Below, in pieces: positions 18,978 to 29,239 of a DNA stretch of 64,000 bases. The stretch lies in the NCBI GenBank assembly GCA_034520945.1, contig JAXHNB010000010.1:160001-224000 (forward strand), given 5' to 3'. Both the position numbers and the translations under genes were made by a program. How positions within the stretch are numbered: the stretch's first letter is position 1; every line of letters starts with the position of its first letter. The DNA comes from Trueperaceae bacterium. Lineage in GTDB: Bacteria > Deinococcota > Deinococci > Deinococcales > Trueperaceae. The notes under the pieces were generated by a model. The model made no database searches, had not been told where the DNA came from, and saw only the letters and a program-made list of their open reading frames with translations.

Positions 18978-19822
18978 TCCGCCGGTACCTTCGCGCCCTC
19001 GGCCAGAACCTCGCGCTCTACGTCGGCGTGGCGGTCGTGGCGCTGTACTCGCTGACGCCGTTCGTATGGGCGATCTCCACCTCGCTCAAGCACGAGGACG
19101 AGCTGTTCGGCCGCGCCCGCCTGATCCCGCAGGATCCCACCCTCGATCACTACGTCGCGGTGCTCAGCAACGGTCCGTTCCTGCGCGCCCTGGCCAACTC
19201 CTTCCTGGTGGCCGGCGGGAGCGCGGTGCTGGCGTTGGCGGCCGGCTCGTTCGCCGCCTACGCGCTGGGGCGCCTGCGGTTCCGCGGCAAGACCACCATG
19301 CTGTACGTGGTGCTGGCGATGACGATGTTCCCGCAGATCTCGGTCCTGTCCGGCATGTACGAGAACGTGCGCGAGTTCGGCATCTTCGGCACGCAGTTCG
19401 CCATGCTGTACGCCTATCCCCTGTTCACGCTGCCGTTCGCCGCCTGGGTGCTGACCTCGTTCTTCCGGGGCCTCCCGCGCGAGATCGAGGAGGCCGCCGT
19501 GGTGGACGGCGCCACCACCGCGCAGATCTTCGTGCGGATCCTGCTGCCGCTGACCACCCCCGCCCTGGTCACGACGGGGCTGCTGACCTTCATCGTGTCG
19601 TGGAACGAGTACGTGTTTGCGCTGGCGTTCACGCTGACCAGCCCGGGCGCGCAGACCGTACCCGTCGCCATCGCCCAGTTCACGGGGATCGTGTCGCGCC
19701 AGGAACCGATCGCCGAGATCATGGCCGGCGCGATCATCGTCACCGTGCCGCTGGTGGTGCTGGTCCTGCTGTTCCAGCGCCGCATCGCCGCCGGTCTGAC
19801 CGCCGGCTCCGTGAAAGGATGA
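18974..19822 (+). CDS. Sugar ABC permease (MalG-like)
   Basis: ATGA overlap; AAYALGRLRFRG; EIEEAAVVDGAT; SWNEY; FQRRIAAGLTAGSVKG. Confidence 0.93.
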   Translation: MIRRYLRALGQNLALYVGVAVVALYSLTPFVWAISTSLKHEDELFGRARLIPQDPTLDHYVAVLSNGPFLRALANSFLVAGGSAVLALAAGSFAAYALGRLRFRGKTTMLYVVLAMTMFPQISVLSGMYENVREFGIFGTQFAMLYAYPLFTLPFAAWVLTSFFRGLPREIEEAAVVDGATTAQIFVRILLPLTTPALVTTGLLTFIVSWNEYVFALAFTLTSPGAQTVPVAIAQFTGIVSRQEPIAEIMAGAIIVTVPLVVLVLLFQRRIAAGLTAGSVKG

Positions 19823-19832
19823 TCCTTCGCGC

Positions 19833-21170
19833 ATGACCCCACCCGACGCCACCCCGCGGCGAGCGAACCTGGTGCTCATCGACGCGCACGACCTGGGCAG
19901 GCACCTGGGCTGCTACGGGCGCGACGCCGTACCCTCGGACGCGCTGGACGGCCTGGCCGCCCGTGGCGTGCGCTTCGCCCAGGCGTGGTGCACCGCACCG
20001 CAGTGCAGCCCCAGCCGCGCCGCGATGTACACCGGCCGCCACGCGCACGACGTCGGCATGCTGGGCCTGGCCCACCCGCCGTTCGACTGGCGCCTGCGGC
20101 CGGGCGCGCGCTACCTGGCCGCCCGCCTGCAGGAGGCGGGCTGGAACACCCATCACGTAGGCATTCAGCACGTCACCCGCGACGAACCGGCGCACATCCG
20201 CGCGCTGGGCTTCGACACGCACGCCGCGTCGCACGCCCCCGCCGGCACGGTCGCGGACGCCGCCGTGGACGTCCTTCGAGACGCCGAGGGGCCGTTCTTC
20301 TTGAACGTCGGCTTCCACGAACCGCACCGCGATGCCCGTGGGCGGTTCGAGGACCACCCGCCGTACGACGAACGCGGCATCGACCGTCCCCCCTACCTGC
20401 CGGATACGCCTGCCGCGCGCGCCGAACTGGCGGGCCTGCAGGGCAGCATCCGCGCCATGGACGCCGGCGTCGGCCGCATCCTCGACGCGCTCGACGCCCG
20501 CGACGACGCGGACGACACCTGGGTGGTGTTCACCACCGACCACGGATTGGCGCTGCCACGCGCGAAGGCGTCGATGTACGACGCCGGCCTGGAGGTGGCG
20601 TTGCTGATGCGCTGGCCGGCGCGCGGCCTGGTCGGGGGGCGCGTCGTGGAGGGGCTGGTCAGCCACGTCGACCTGCTGCCGACGCTGCTGGAGGGCCTCG
20701 GCGTCGACGCCGGCGACGGCCTGCACGGGCGCAGCCTCTGGCCCCTGCTGCGCGGGGAGGTCACGGAGGTGCGCCAGGAGGTATTCGCCGAGAAGACCTT
20801 CCACACCGCCTACGAGCCGCAGCGTGCGGTACGCACCCCCCGCCACAAGCTGATCGCGAACCTGGAGGTCGACATCCTGAACGTGCCCGCCGACACGCTG
20901 CGGGGACCGATCAGCGCCGACATGGTCGACGAGATCGCGGTGGAGCGTCCCCCGTTGGAGCTCTTCGATCTGCAGGACGACCCGCTGGAGCGGCGGAACG
21001 TGGTCGACGACCCCAGGTACGCGTCGGTGCGCGCGGAGCTGACCGAGGCCCTGGTGGGGTGGATGCGACGCACGGGCGATCCTTTGCTGCAGGGTCCCGT
21101 CGCGTCGCCGTTCCATCACGCCGCGCGCCGGGCGCTGGGGCTGCCGGCCGAGCCGGACCCGTACGCGTGA
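19833..21170 (+). CDS. Formylglycine-dependent sulfatase (Cys-type, cytoplasmic)
   Basis: NLVLIDAHDLG; CSPSRAAMYTG (CxPxR); FHEPH; FTTDHG; ELFDLQDDPLERRNV; no signal peptide. Confidence 0.93.
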   Translation: MTPPDATPRRANLVLIDAHDLGRHLGCYGRDAVPSDALDGLAARGVRFAQAWCTAPQCSPSRAAMYTGRHAHDVGMLGLAHPPFDWRLRPGARYLAARLQEAGWNTHHVGIQHVTRDEPAHIRALGFDTHAASHAPAGTVADAAVDVLRDAEGPFFLNVGFHEPHRDARGRFEDHPPYDERGIDRPPYLPDTPAARAELAGLQGSIRAMDAGVGRILDALDARDDADDTWVVFTTDHGLALPRAKASMYDAGLEVALLMRWPARGLVGGRVVEGLVSHVDLLPTLLEGLGVDAGDGLHGRSLWPLLRGEVTEVRQEVFAEKTFHTAYEPQRAVRTPRHKLIANLEVDILNVPADTLRGPISADMVDEIAVERPPLELFDLQDDPLERRNVVDDPRYASVRAELTEALVGWMRRTGDPLLQGPVASPFHHAARRALGLPAEPDPYA

Positions 21171-22115
21171 ACGCCGGCGGGTCCCGCGACGCGCCGGTGC
21201 TGGTGGCCGGCCCGGCCTACTGCGACCTGCTGTTCTCGGGGCTGGACGCCGTACCGGACCTGGGGACGGAACGCTTCGCCCGCGGCTTCGCGGTCCAGGC
21301 GGGCGGGAGCGCCATCACCGCAGTGGCGCTGGCGCGGCTGGGGCGCCCCGTGGCGTTGCTGGCCGACCTCGGCGACGACGCGCTCGGCGAGGCGGTCCTG
21401 CGTGTGCTGGCCGCGGAGGGGGTCGCGACCGCGTGGGTGCGCCGCCGTGCCGGCGACGCCACCCCCGTCACCGCCGTGCTGTCCACGCCCCAGGACCGCG
21501 CCTTCGTGACGCACCTGCCGGACCCCGGCGACGCCCCCGACCTGGCGGGCGCGCTGCGGGCGAGCGGCGCGTCGCACCTGCACGTGGCGGGGTTCCCGTT
21601 CGTGCGCGCACGGCCCGACGCCGCCACGCTCGCGGCGCAGGCCGGTGCGACCACCTCCTTCGACCCCGGCTGGGACGAAGCGGCCCTGGCCGAGCCGGCC
21701 GTACGGGCGCTGGCCGCCGACGTGCGACGTGCTCCTGCCGAACCGCTCGGAGGCGGTCCGCTTGACCGCGCCCGCCGGCGGCGCGGAGCTGGGCCATGAG
21801 CCAAGCACGGAGGAGGCGCTGGCGCGCCTTGCGGCGGGCCGGCGCGGCCGCGTCACGGTGGTGAAGGACGGCCCCGCGGGGGCCGCCGCCACGGACGGCG
21901 TGGACACCGTGCACGTCGCGTCGCCGCCCGTCGACGCCGTCGACCCGACCGGCGCCGGCGACGTGTTCGACGCGGGGTTCCTGGACGCCTGGCTGGACGG
22001 CGCACCGCTGCGCGCCTGCCTGGCGCGCGGCGTCGCCTGCGGCGCCCGCGCCGTCACCGCCGTCGGCGGCGCCACCGCCGCGCCATACCGGGACGAACTG
22101 GAGGTGGACGCGTGA
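21167..22115 (+). CDS. PfkB-family carbohydrate kinase; +1 frameshift near 21717
   Basis: GTGA overlap; AGGSAITAVALARLG and SFDPGW, then in the next frame DVLLPNRSEA, VVKDG, VDPTGAGDVFDAGFL. Confidence 0.85.
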
Positions 22116-23368
22116 AGATCGCGATCATCGGCGGCGGCAGCGCCTACGCGCCCGGCCTGGTGCAGGCGTTCGCGCAGGAGGCCGCCGCCTTCGACGGCGC
22201 CGAGCTGGCGTTGATGGACGTGGCGGAGGACGAGCTGCAGGGGGTCGCCCGGCTGGCCGAACGGCTGGTCGAGGGGACCGGCCTGCGCGTCAGCGCCACG
22301 ACGGACCGCCTCCGCGCCCTCGACGGCGCGGACGTGGTGCTGACCACCTTCCGCCAAGGCGGGCTGGCCGCCCGTCATCACGACGAGGCCGTCCCGCTGC
22401 GCTTCGGCCTGCTGGGCCAGGAGACGATCGGGCCGGGCGGGTTCTTCTTCGCCATGCGAACGCTTCCCGTCGTGCGCCGCATCACCGAGGAGATGGCCCG
22501 CTGGGCACCGGGCGCGACGCTCCTGAACTACGCCAACCCCACGCAGATCGTGGCGGAGGCCGTCACGCGTTACACCGATGTGCGCTGCATCGCCATCTGC
22601 GATCAGAGCGACGACGACCGCGTGCACCTGGCGCACGCCCTCGACCTGGACCCGCACGCCATCGAACTCGAGTCGGTCGGCCTGAATCACGCCACCTGGA
22701 GCACGCGCTTCCGCATCGAGGGCGAGGACGGCGTCGCGCGCCTGGCGCACGAGCACGACCGCATCCAGGCGCGGGGCGACGTCTCGGCCCGCACCAAGCG
22801 CCAGGTCGCCCTGACCCGCCGCTACGGGCGCGTACCGAACGGCTACCTGCCGTACTACCTGTACCGCGAGGAGACGGTCGCGGAGGCGCAGGAAGCATCC
22901 CGCACGCGCGCCCAGGCGATCCTGGAGGAACTGCCGGGGCACTACGCCCACTTTCGCGAGCAGGCCGCCGCGTCGCGGCCGGAGCTGACGCGCGGGCGGG
23001 GCGGCTCGGTGTTCGGCGACTTCGCCGTGCGCGTGCTGCGCGCCCTCGTCACCGGCGAACCCGCTCGCCTGACGTTGAACGTGCCCAACCGGGGTCGGGC
23101 CCTGCCCGACTTCGACGAGGACCGGGTGGTCGAGGTGCCCTGCACCCTCGAGGGGGGCCGCATCACGCCGGCGCCGCAGGCGCCGTTTCCCTTCGAACTA
23201 CGCGGGCTGTTGCGCATGCTGGCCGACTACCAGGCCGCCGCGGCCGACGCCATCTGGGCGGGCGACCCCGATGCGCAGGTGCGCGCGTTGGCGTGCAATC
23301 CCTTGGTGATGGAGCCCGGAACCGCGGAGGCGTTGCTGGCGGCGCGCGAGGCGGCGGAGAGAGAATGA
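22112..23368 (+). CDS. Family 4 glycoside hydrolase (NAD+/Mn2+-dependent, phospho-glucosidase-like)
   Basis: MKIAIIGGGS, GQETIGPGG, NYANP, AICD, GLNH, NVPN, VVEVPC. Confidence 0.93.
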   Translation: MKIAIIGGGSAYAPGLVQAFAQEAAAFDGAELALMDVAEDELQGVARLAERLVEGTGLRVSATTDRLRALDGADVVLTTFRQGGLAARHHDEAVPLRFGLLGQETIGPGGFFFAMRTLPVVRRITEEMARWAPGATLLNYANPTQIVAEAVTRYTDVRCIAICDQSDDDRVHLAHALDLDPHAIELESVGLNHATWSTRFRIEGEDGVARLAHEHDRIQARGDVSARTKRQVALTRRYGRVPNGYLPYYLYREETVAEAQEASRTRAQAILEELPGHYAHFREQAAASRPELTRGRGGSVFGDFAVRVLRALVTGEPARLTLNVPNRGRALPDFDEDRVVEVPCTLEGGRITPAPQAPFPFELRGLLRMLADYQAAAADAIWAGDPDAQVRALACNPLVMEPGTAEALLAAREAAERE

Positions 23369-23391
23369 GGGCGCCCGAACACGCAAGAGGC

Positions 23392-24618
23392 TCAACCCCG
23401 GCCTCCCGCCATGCGGACCGCCTCCGGTAGGCGCCGCAAGCGCAGCATGCCCCACGCACCGACGAGGGGGCCCAGCGCCAACGGCACGAACGCCCAGCCC
23501 CATCCGGCGACGTCGACCAGGTAGCCCGTGAGCCGAATGCTGGCCAGGGTGAGAAGAAAGCCCATGCTGGTCTGTACCGTTAGGGCCGTGCCCACGTAGC
23601 GTTCGTCGGCGAGTTCCGTGATGGCGCTGCTGTACTGTGCACTGTCGGCAATCACGGCAAATCCCCATACCAGCGCGACCGCCGTCGCGGCTGCTGGCAC
23701 GGCAGCCAGTGCGCCGGTCACGACGGCGCACACACCGGAGGTGGCAAGGCTGACGACGGTCACGATGCTGCGACCGTGGCGATCGGCGAGCCGTCCCGCC
23801 CACAGACTGCTGGCGCCCCCGATCGCGATGACCGCAAAGGCGGCCAGGCGGGCGCTCCACTCCGGCCATCCGGCCTGCTGGTAGACGTGCAGCAGGAACA
23901 GCGGCACCCACGCCCACATGGCGTACAACTCCCACATGTGACCCAGGTACCCGACGTTGGCGAGGCGAACGGACCGGTCCCGGAAGGACGCAGCCAGTTG
24001 CGAGACCCGGAAGGGAGCCCGTGCTCGGAAGGCAGGTCCTTCGCGGACCACCAAGGCGATCAGCAACGCGGCCAGCAAAGCGCTGAGGGAGGCGGCCAGA
24101 AGGACCGTCCGCCACCCCTCGCCCCCCTCCCGTAGAAACGTGGCCCCCAGCAGGTGCGGCGCGGCGGAACCGACGGTGAGGGCCCCCACCAGCATCCCGA
24201 CGCAGAAGCCTCGGTCGTGCGCGCACCAACCGGCCATCAGCTTCATGCCGACCGGGTATACGCCCGCAAGCGCAACCCCAGTCAAAAAGCGGAGGGTCAG
24301 GGCCGCGCCGATGCCGTCGACGAAGAGGGGGATGGCGGCGTTCACGAGAGCGCCGGCCAACGCACTCGCGGCGAACAACCGCACCGGGTCCAGCCGGTCG
24401 GGCAGGTTGGCCACGGCACTCGCGAGCGCACCGACGACGAATCCGAGTTGAACGCTGGCCGTGAGCCAGGCGACCTGCCCCCCGCTCAACGACCAGGCCG
24501 CCTGCAGTTGTGGCGCCACTGCGGCGGCCGAGAACCACAACGCAAGCGCCAACAGTTCAGCGGCGGTAATCGCTGCCAGCGCGACGTTCTTCCGATCGAA
24601 ACGCGATTGGATCGCCAC
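23392..24618 (-). CDS. MFS transporter
   Basis: About 12 TM; WLTASVQLGF, GVYPVGMKL, GYLGHMWELYAMW, GRLADRHGR, ADSAQYS. Confidence 0.9.
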   Translation of the reverse strand: MAIQSRFDRKNVALAAITAAELLALALWFSAAAVAPQLQAAWSLSGGQVAWLTASVQLGFVVGALASAVANLPDRLDPVRLFAASALAGALVNAAIPLFVDGIGAALTLRFLTGVALAGVYPVGMKLMAGWCAHDRGFCVGMLVGALTVGSAAPHLLGATFLREGGEGWRTVLLAASLSALLAALLIALVVREGPAFRARAPFRVSQLAASFRDRSVRLANVGYLGHMWELYAMWAWVPLFLLHVYQQAGWPEWSARLAAFAVIAIGGASSLWAGRLADRHGRSIVTVVSLATSGVCAVVTGALAAVPAAATAVALVWGFAVIADSAQYSSAITELADERYVGTALTVQTSMGFLLTLASIRLTGYLVDVAGWGWAFVPLALGPLVGAWGMLRLRRLPEAVRMAGGRG

Positions 24619-24699
24619 TTTACGTGCCTTTCGAGCTCCCGCGTCATCATGCCATACGTGGCTGCGACCTCGGGATCATCCGTGATCGCGCCCTGGCCA

Positions 24700-24984
24700 T
24701 CCCTGCGCCAGGCACGCTACCTTGCAGCCGAGGATGCATGCGTGGAGCGGAACCGCCTGTACGACAACGCCGGCAAGGCCCTCAGCGTGAACGGACCGGG
24801 CTGTCCCGCCCACAACGCCACGCGTCGTACGGCGCTGATGAACGACACGGTGGTCGAGTCGCGCATGCCGGTCCTCGGCATCACCGACGGTGCGACGGGC
24901 AACCTGGCGTTCGACCTCCTGCTGGTGGCGCCGGCCGGCATCGTCGACGAGGTCGGCGCGAACGAACGAGCGCTGCGTCGCTGA
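24700..24984 (+). pseudogene. Possible remnant of a parallel beta-helix repeat protein
   Basis: VERNRLYDNAGKALSVNG...NDTVV...GATGN resembles PbH1 repeats; no convincing start or RBS. Confidence 0.3.
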
Positions 24985-25260
24985 CCCGAGATCGGCACGA
25001 TCCCTATCGGACACGAAGGACGTTCGCCACGCCGTGCGCGGGGCGCTTCCAACGCGCGACCGCGGCGCCGATGCGTGGTCGTGGCTCGGTCGCTGCGTGG
25101 TAACGCCGCGCCTGCCATGGTCGCGTCGACGTGCCGGGGAACGCCTACGGAAGGAGGGGTTTGCTTGGCCCGCGCATGCACGCGGCACGAAGCAGCACAT
25201 CCGAGATGAGCCTCGTCACGTACCCGTCGTGAACCCACGAACGGGAGGAAGGGATCGACC

Positions 25261-25704
25261 ATGCGATCGATCACGATGTTGAAGCGAATCCGTACGCTCA
25301 CTGCCGTCGCCCTGGCAGGCGTCCTCTTCGGCCTGATGGCCAATCAGATGGTGGGCGCCCAATCGTCCGGCGACGAGGAACCGGTGGTGATCGAACCGTT
25401 GACGCAGCACGCTCTCAGCACGGCGGACGGCCGGGAGGCCGTGATGCTCCGCGCCACCTTCGCCCCCGGGGCCGAAATGGCGGCCGAGCCGACCATCGCG
25501 CATCCTGCCGAAGAGTTCGTGTACGTCCTCGAGGGAACGGCCGTCCTCACCCTGCAGGGCGAGGAGCCGGTGCGGTACGAGGCGGGCGAGTCCTGGTACA
25601 ACGAGCTTCGCCAGGCCCATACACTGCGGAACGGCAGCGCCGAGGAACCCATGGTGGTGCTCGCCATTTGGATCGGCGAGGAAGGGGAGCTCATGGGCGA
25701 CTGA
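25261..25704 (+). CDS. Exported cupin-domain protein
   Basis: Signal peptide; HPAEEFVYVLEG; AGESWYNELRQAH. Confidence 0.85.
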   Translation: MRSITMLKRIRTLTAVALAGVLFGLMANQMVGAQSSGDEEPVVIEPLTQHALSTADGREAVMLRATFAPGAEMAAEPTIAHPAEEFVYVLEGTAVLTLQGEEPVRYEAGESWYNELRQAHTLRNGSAEEPMVVLAIWIGEEGELMGD

Positions 25705-25713
25705 ACGCCGTGC

Positions 25714-25746
25714 CGCCCGCGCCGCCGAGCTTCGGCGGCGCGGGCG
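25714..25746 (+). terminator. Perfect 15-bp GC hairpin after the cupin gene
   Basis: CGCCCGCGCCGCCGA-GCT-TCGGCGGCGCGGGCG. Confidence 0.6.
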
Positions 25747-25815
25747 CACCCTGGGACCATCGGGTGAAGGTTTGCCCGGTCGCTCGGCGCCGTCCGTGCG
25801 GTACCGTCGACCGAG

Positions 25816-26661
25816 ATGCCGCCCGACGCTCCCATGAGCACGTCCACCCCGGACCACGCCCGGTCGCTCTTCGTGTTCGACGTGGACGGCACGTTGCTGG
25901 ACGCGCGCCTCCGCATCCCGGCCTCGACCCGGCACGCCGTGCACGAGCTGCTGAAAGGGGGCCACCGCGTGGCGCTGGCGAGCGCCCGACCCCCACGCAG
26001 CATTGCGCAGCTTTCACGGGACCTGTTGGGGAGGGTCGCTGAGATGATCGCCCTCAATGGTGCCTGGGTGAGCGAGGGCGACGCGATGCTCCTCGAGCGG
26101 ACCCTCGCCCCGGACGACGCGCCAGCGATCATCGCCTACGCACGTGCCCAGGAGCTCGAGATCAATCTATTTTCCGCCCGGGAATGGTTCGTCGAACACG
26201 TCGGTCCCGGGATCGAGGCCGAGGCCGAGATCGTGATGTTCGGGCCGATTGTGGTGGATGACCTCTTGGTGTCTTCCCGTCAGGTCACGCACAAGATGCT
26301 GCTGATCGGTGACCCAGAGCGTGTGCGGGACGTCCGCGACTGGGTTCAGGCGCACCTACCGGAGGTTGCGGCCTCACGCTCGAAGCCGAACTACTGCGAA
26401 CTGGTATCGCACGACGCCTCCAAGGCGGACGCCATGACCTTCCTGGCGAAGCGGCTCGGCATCCCGCCCGAGCGCGTCGTGGCGTTCGGCGACGGCGAGA
26501 ACGACCTGCCCATGATTCAACGGGCCGGCATCGGCGTCGCCATGGGGAACGCCATGGACGACGTCAAGAAGGCTGCCGATTTCACCACGACGAGCCACGA
26601 CGAGGACGGCATCGCCCACGCGCTCCGTGCCCTCGGGTACCTTCCCTACGGCGCGCCGTAG
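25816..26661 (+). CDS. Cof-type HAD-IIB phosphatase
   Basis: FDVDGTLL, ASARP, IALNGA, SKA, AFGDGENDLPMI, GVAMGNA, DEDGIA. Alternative ATG at 25834. Confidence 0.93.
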   Translation: MPPDAPMSTSTPDHARSLFVFDVDGTLLDARLRIPASTRHAVHELLKGGHRVALASARPPRSIAQLSRDLLGRVAEMIALNGAWVSEGDAMLLERTLAPDDAPAIIAYARAQELEINLFSAREWFVEHVGPGIEAEAEIVMFGPIVVDDLLVSSRQVTHKMLLIGDPERVRDVRDWVQAHLPEVAASRSKPNYCELVSHDASKADAMTFLAKRLGIPPERVVAFGDGENDLPMIQRAGIGVAMGNAMDDVKKAADFTTTSHDEDGIAHALRALGYLPYGAP

Positions 26662-26680
26662 GCCACGGGCGCTGGCGAGG

Positions 26681-27748
26681 TCACGCCAGCGTGATCGCCT
26701 CGTCCAGGTACACGTCCTGAATCAGGTTCAGCAGTGCGACGCCTTCGCGCATGGGCCGTTGGAACGCCTTGCGACCGGAGATCAGGCCGCTGCCGCCGGC
26801 GCGCTTGTTCACCACCGCGGTGAACGCGGCGTCGGCAAAGTCGTCCTCGCCGGACGCGCCGCCCGAGTTGATCAAAGGCGCGCGGCCCATGTACCCGTTG
26901 GCCACCTGCCATCGCGCCAACTCGATGGGGTGGTCGGGCACCAGATCGTCGTACATGCGGGGATGGCTCTTCCCGAAGCCGATGGCGGGAAAGCCACCGT
27001 TGTGGGTGGGCAGCTTCTGCTTGATGATGTCGGCCTGGATGGTGACGCCGAGGTGGTTGGCCTGCGCGGTGAGGTCGGCAGCGGTGTGGTGGTCGCGGTC
27101 GTCTTGCTTGAACGCGTCGTTCCGGGTGTAGCACCACAGGATGGTGGCCATGCCCAGTTCATGCGCCTGGGCGAAGGCTTCGGCGATCTCGACGATCTGG
27201 CGTTCCGATTCGTCGCTGCCGAAGTATATGGTGGCGCCGACCGCGACCGCGCCGAGGTTCCAGGCCTCCTCCACCGTGCCGAAGGGGATCTGGTCGTAGC
27301 GGTTCGGGTAGCTCATCAGTTCGTTGTGGTTCAGCTTCACGATGAACGGGATCTTGTGCGCGTAGCGGCGCGCCACCATCCCCAGCACCCCGAAGGTGGA
27401 GGCCACGGCGTTGCATCCGCCCTCGACCGCCAACCGCACGATGTTTTCGGGATCGAAGTACGCCGGGTTGGGCGAGAACGAGGCGCCGCCGGAGTGCTCG
27501 ACCCCCTGGTCGACGGGCAGGATGGACAGGTACCCCGTCCCGGCCAACCGCCCGTGATCGAACAGCGTCTGGAGGCTCCGCAACACGCGCGGGCTACGGT
27601 CGCTGGCCGTCATCACCCGGTCGACGAAGTCCGGTCCCGGGTGGTGCAGGTCCTCCTTGGGAATGCCGGTCGCGCGGTAGCTCAGCAGGTCGTCGGCGCG
27701 GTCGCCGAGCCACCTGTGGACGTCCTGGGTTGCGGTGGGGCTGGTCAT
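26681..27748 (-). CDS. fbaB: Class I fructose-bisphosphate aldolase (DhnA type)
   Basis: [46 protein letters not shown] (Schiff-base Lys), [18 protein letters not shown]. Confidence 0.95.
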   Translation of the reverse strand: MTSPTATQDVHRWLGDRADDLLSYRATGIPKEDLHHPGPDFVDRVMTASDRSPRVLRSLQTLFDHGRLAGTGYLSILPVDQGVEHSGGASFSPNPAYFDPENIVRLAVEGGCNAVASTFGVLGMVARRYAHKIPFIVKLNHNELMSYPNRYDQIPFGTVEEAWNLGAVAVGATIYFGSDESERQIVEIAEAFAQAHELGMATILWCYTRNDAFKQDDRDHHTAADLTAQANHLGVTIQADIIKQKLPTHNGGFPAIGFGKSHPRMYDDLVPDHPIELARWQVANGYMGRAPLINSGGASGEDDFADAAFTAVVNKRAGGSGLISGRKAFQRPMREGVALLNLIQDVYLDEAITLA

Positions 27749-27979
27749 GAGCGCTCCTTCCAGCGTTCGGGGTGCGTACGGCCACGCGTGGCATGCCACG
27801 CGGCGCAGCGGGTCCTACCCTCACGCTACACCCGCGCCGCCCGGCCAGGCGAGACGGCGGCGCGCGAACCCCCGGACCGCCCCGCTAGCGAGGCCGGCTC
27901 TGCGCCTGGCGGCGAAGCGCCTTCAATGCATGTGCATGCTCGCCGTCATGGGGTTGGCCTCCTCCTCGGTTCCTGTCCG

Positions 27980-29239
27980 TCACCTCGCATCCAATTCCGT
28001 GAGGGCCTCGGCGAACACTTCGGCGCCGGCGACCATGTCCTGCAGCGATGCTTCCTCGTCGGGGTGATGGCTGACGCCGTCCACGCAGGGGATGAAGATC
28101 ATCCCGACCGGCGCGACGTTCGCCACTTGCATGGCGTCGTGGCCTGCACCGCTGTTCAGGTGCCGGTAGCCGTGGCCACGGGCCTCACAGCCGGCAACCA
28201 AGGCGCGTTGGGCCTCGGGGGCGCAATGCACGGCGGCGGCAGTGCTGCCCTCCTCCACCCGGAGGTTCAGGCCAAGTTCGCCGCAGGCCTTCTCGGCCCA
28301 CGCCATGATCTCTTGCAGGAACGCCACCACGCGCGCCTCGTCCAACGCGCGGGCTTCGAGGGTGAGGCTCACCTCGCCCGGCACGACGTTGGCGCCGCCG
28401 GGTCGCACATTCAGGCGCCCGATCGTCGCCACGAACGGTTCCTGATCCGACCAGATACGTGCACGACGTGATACCCGATCGACCAACCGCGCGGCGCCGA
28501 CCAGCGCGTCGCGGCGGCCGTCCATGGGGCTGGTCCCGGCATGGGCAGCACGTCCGGTGACGTGCACCTGCAGGCGGTGGATCGCCACGATGCCGCCCAC
28601 GACGCCGATCGGCACGTTCTCGCGCTCAAGGACCGGGCCCTGTTCGATGTGCAGCTCCATGAACGCAGCCAACTCGCCTTCGCGTACGAGAGGGCCGGTA
28701 AGGGCACCGGGTTCACCGCCCATTCGGGCAATGCCTTCCGCGAGTGTCTCCCCCGACGCGTTGACGCCGGCCAGCATGGACGAGGTCAGGGTGCCGGCCA
28801 GCGCGCGGCTCCCCACGCACGAGGCACCATAGTCGCTGGGTTCTTCGGACAGGAAGTCGATGACGCGCAGCTCATGGCGAAGCGTCGCGCCCGCTTCGGC
28901 GAGGGCTTGGGCCGCCTCGAGCGCGGTGATCACGCCGGCGATGCCGTCGAAGCGACCGCCGTTCGGGACGGTATCGATGTGCGAGCCCAGCGTCAGGGCG
29001 GGAAGGCCTGCCTCCGCGCCGGGACGCGTGCCGTGGAGGTTCGCGCCGGCGTCCAGCGACGGGGTGAGCCCCGCTTCGCGGAATTCTTGCTCCAACCAGC
29101 TTCGCGCCTCGAGGTAGAGGTCGGTGAATGCGCGGCGCGTATAGGGGCGTTCGGCCTCGGTCAACTCGGTCAGGTGGCGAACACGGCGGTCGATTCGGGT
29201 CGGATCGATGCGGGCATGCTTGGCCGGGATGGCGCTCAT
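27980..29239 (-). CDS. M20-family Zn amidohydrolase (N-carbamoyl-L-amino acid hydrolase/allantoate amidohydrolase-like)
   Basis: GSHIDTVPNGGRFDG, SEEP, ELHIEQGP, HAGT, SGAGHDA, SHHPDE. Confidence 0.92.
   Translation of the reverse strand: MSAIPAKHARIDPTRIDRRVRHLTELTEAERPYTRRAFTDLYLEARSWLEQEFREAGLTPSLDAGANLHGTRPGAEAGLPALTLGSHIDTVPNGGRFDGIAGVITALEAAQALAEAGATLRHELRVIDFLSEEPSDYGASCVGSRALAGTLTSSMLAGVNASGETLAEGIARMGGEPGALTGPLVREGELAAFMELHIEQGPVLERENVPIGVVGGIVAIHRLQVHVTGRAAHAGTSPMDGRRDALVGAARLVDRVSRRARIWSDQEPFVATIGRLNVRPGGANVVPGEVSLTLEARALDEARVVAFLQEIMAWAEKACGELGLNLRVEEGSTAAAVHCAPEAQRALVAGCEARGHGYRHLNSGAGHDAMQVANVAPVGMIFIPCVDGVSHHPDEEASLQDMVAGAEVFAEALTELDAR

Noticed and set aside
19833..27748. Sulfoquinovose (sulfo-EMP) pathway suggested by PfkB plus a class I aldolase
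   Set aside because: No GH31 sulfoquinovosidase, YihS isomerase or sulfolactaldehyde reductase. The aldolase is ordinary FbaB, and sulfatases cleave sulfate esters, not sulfonates.
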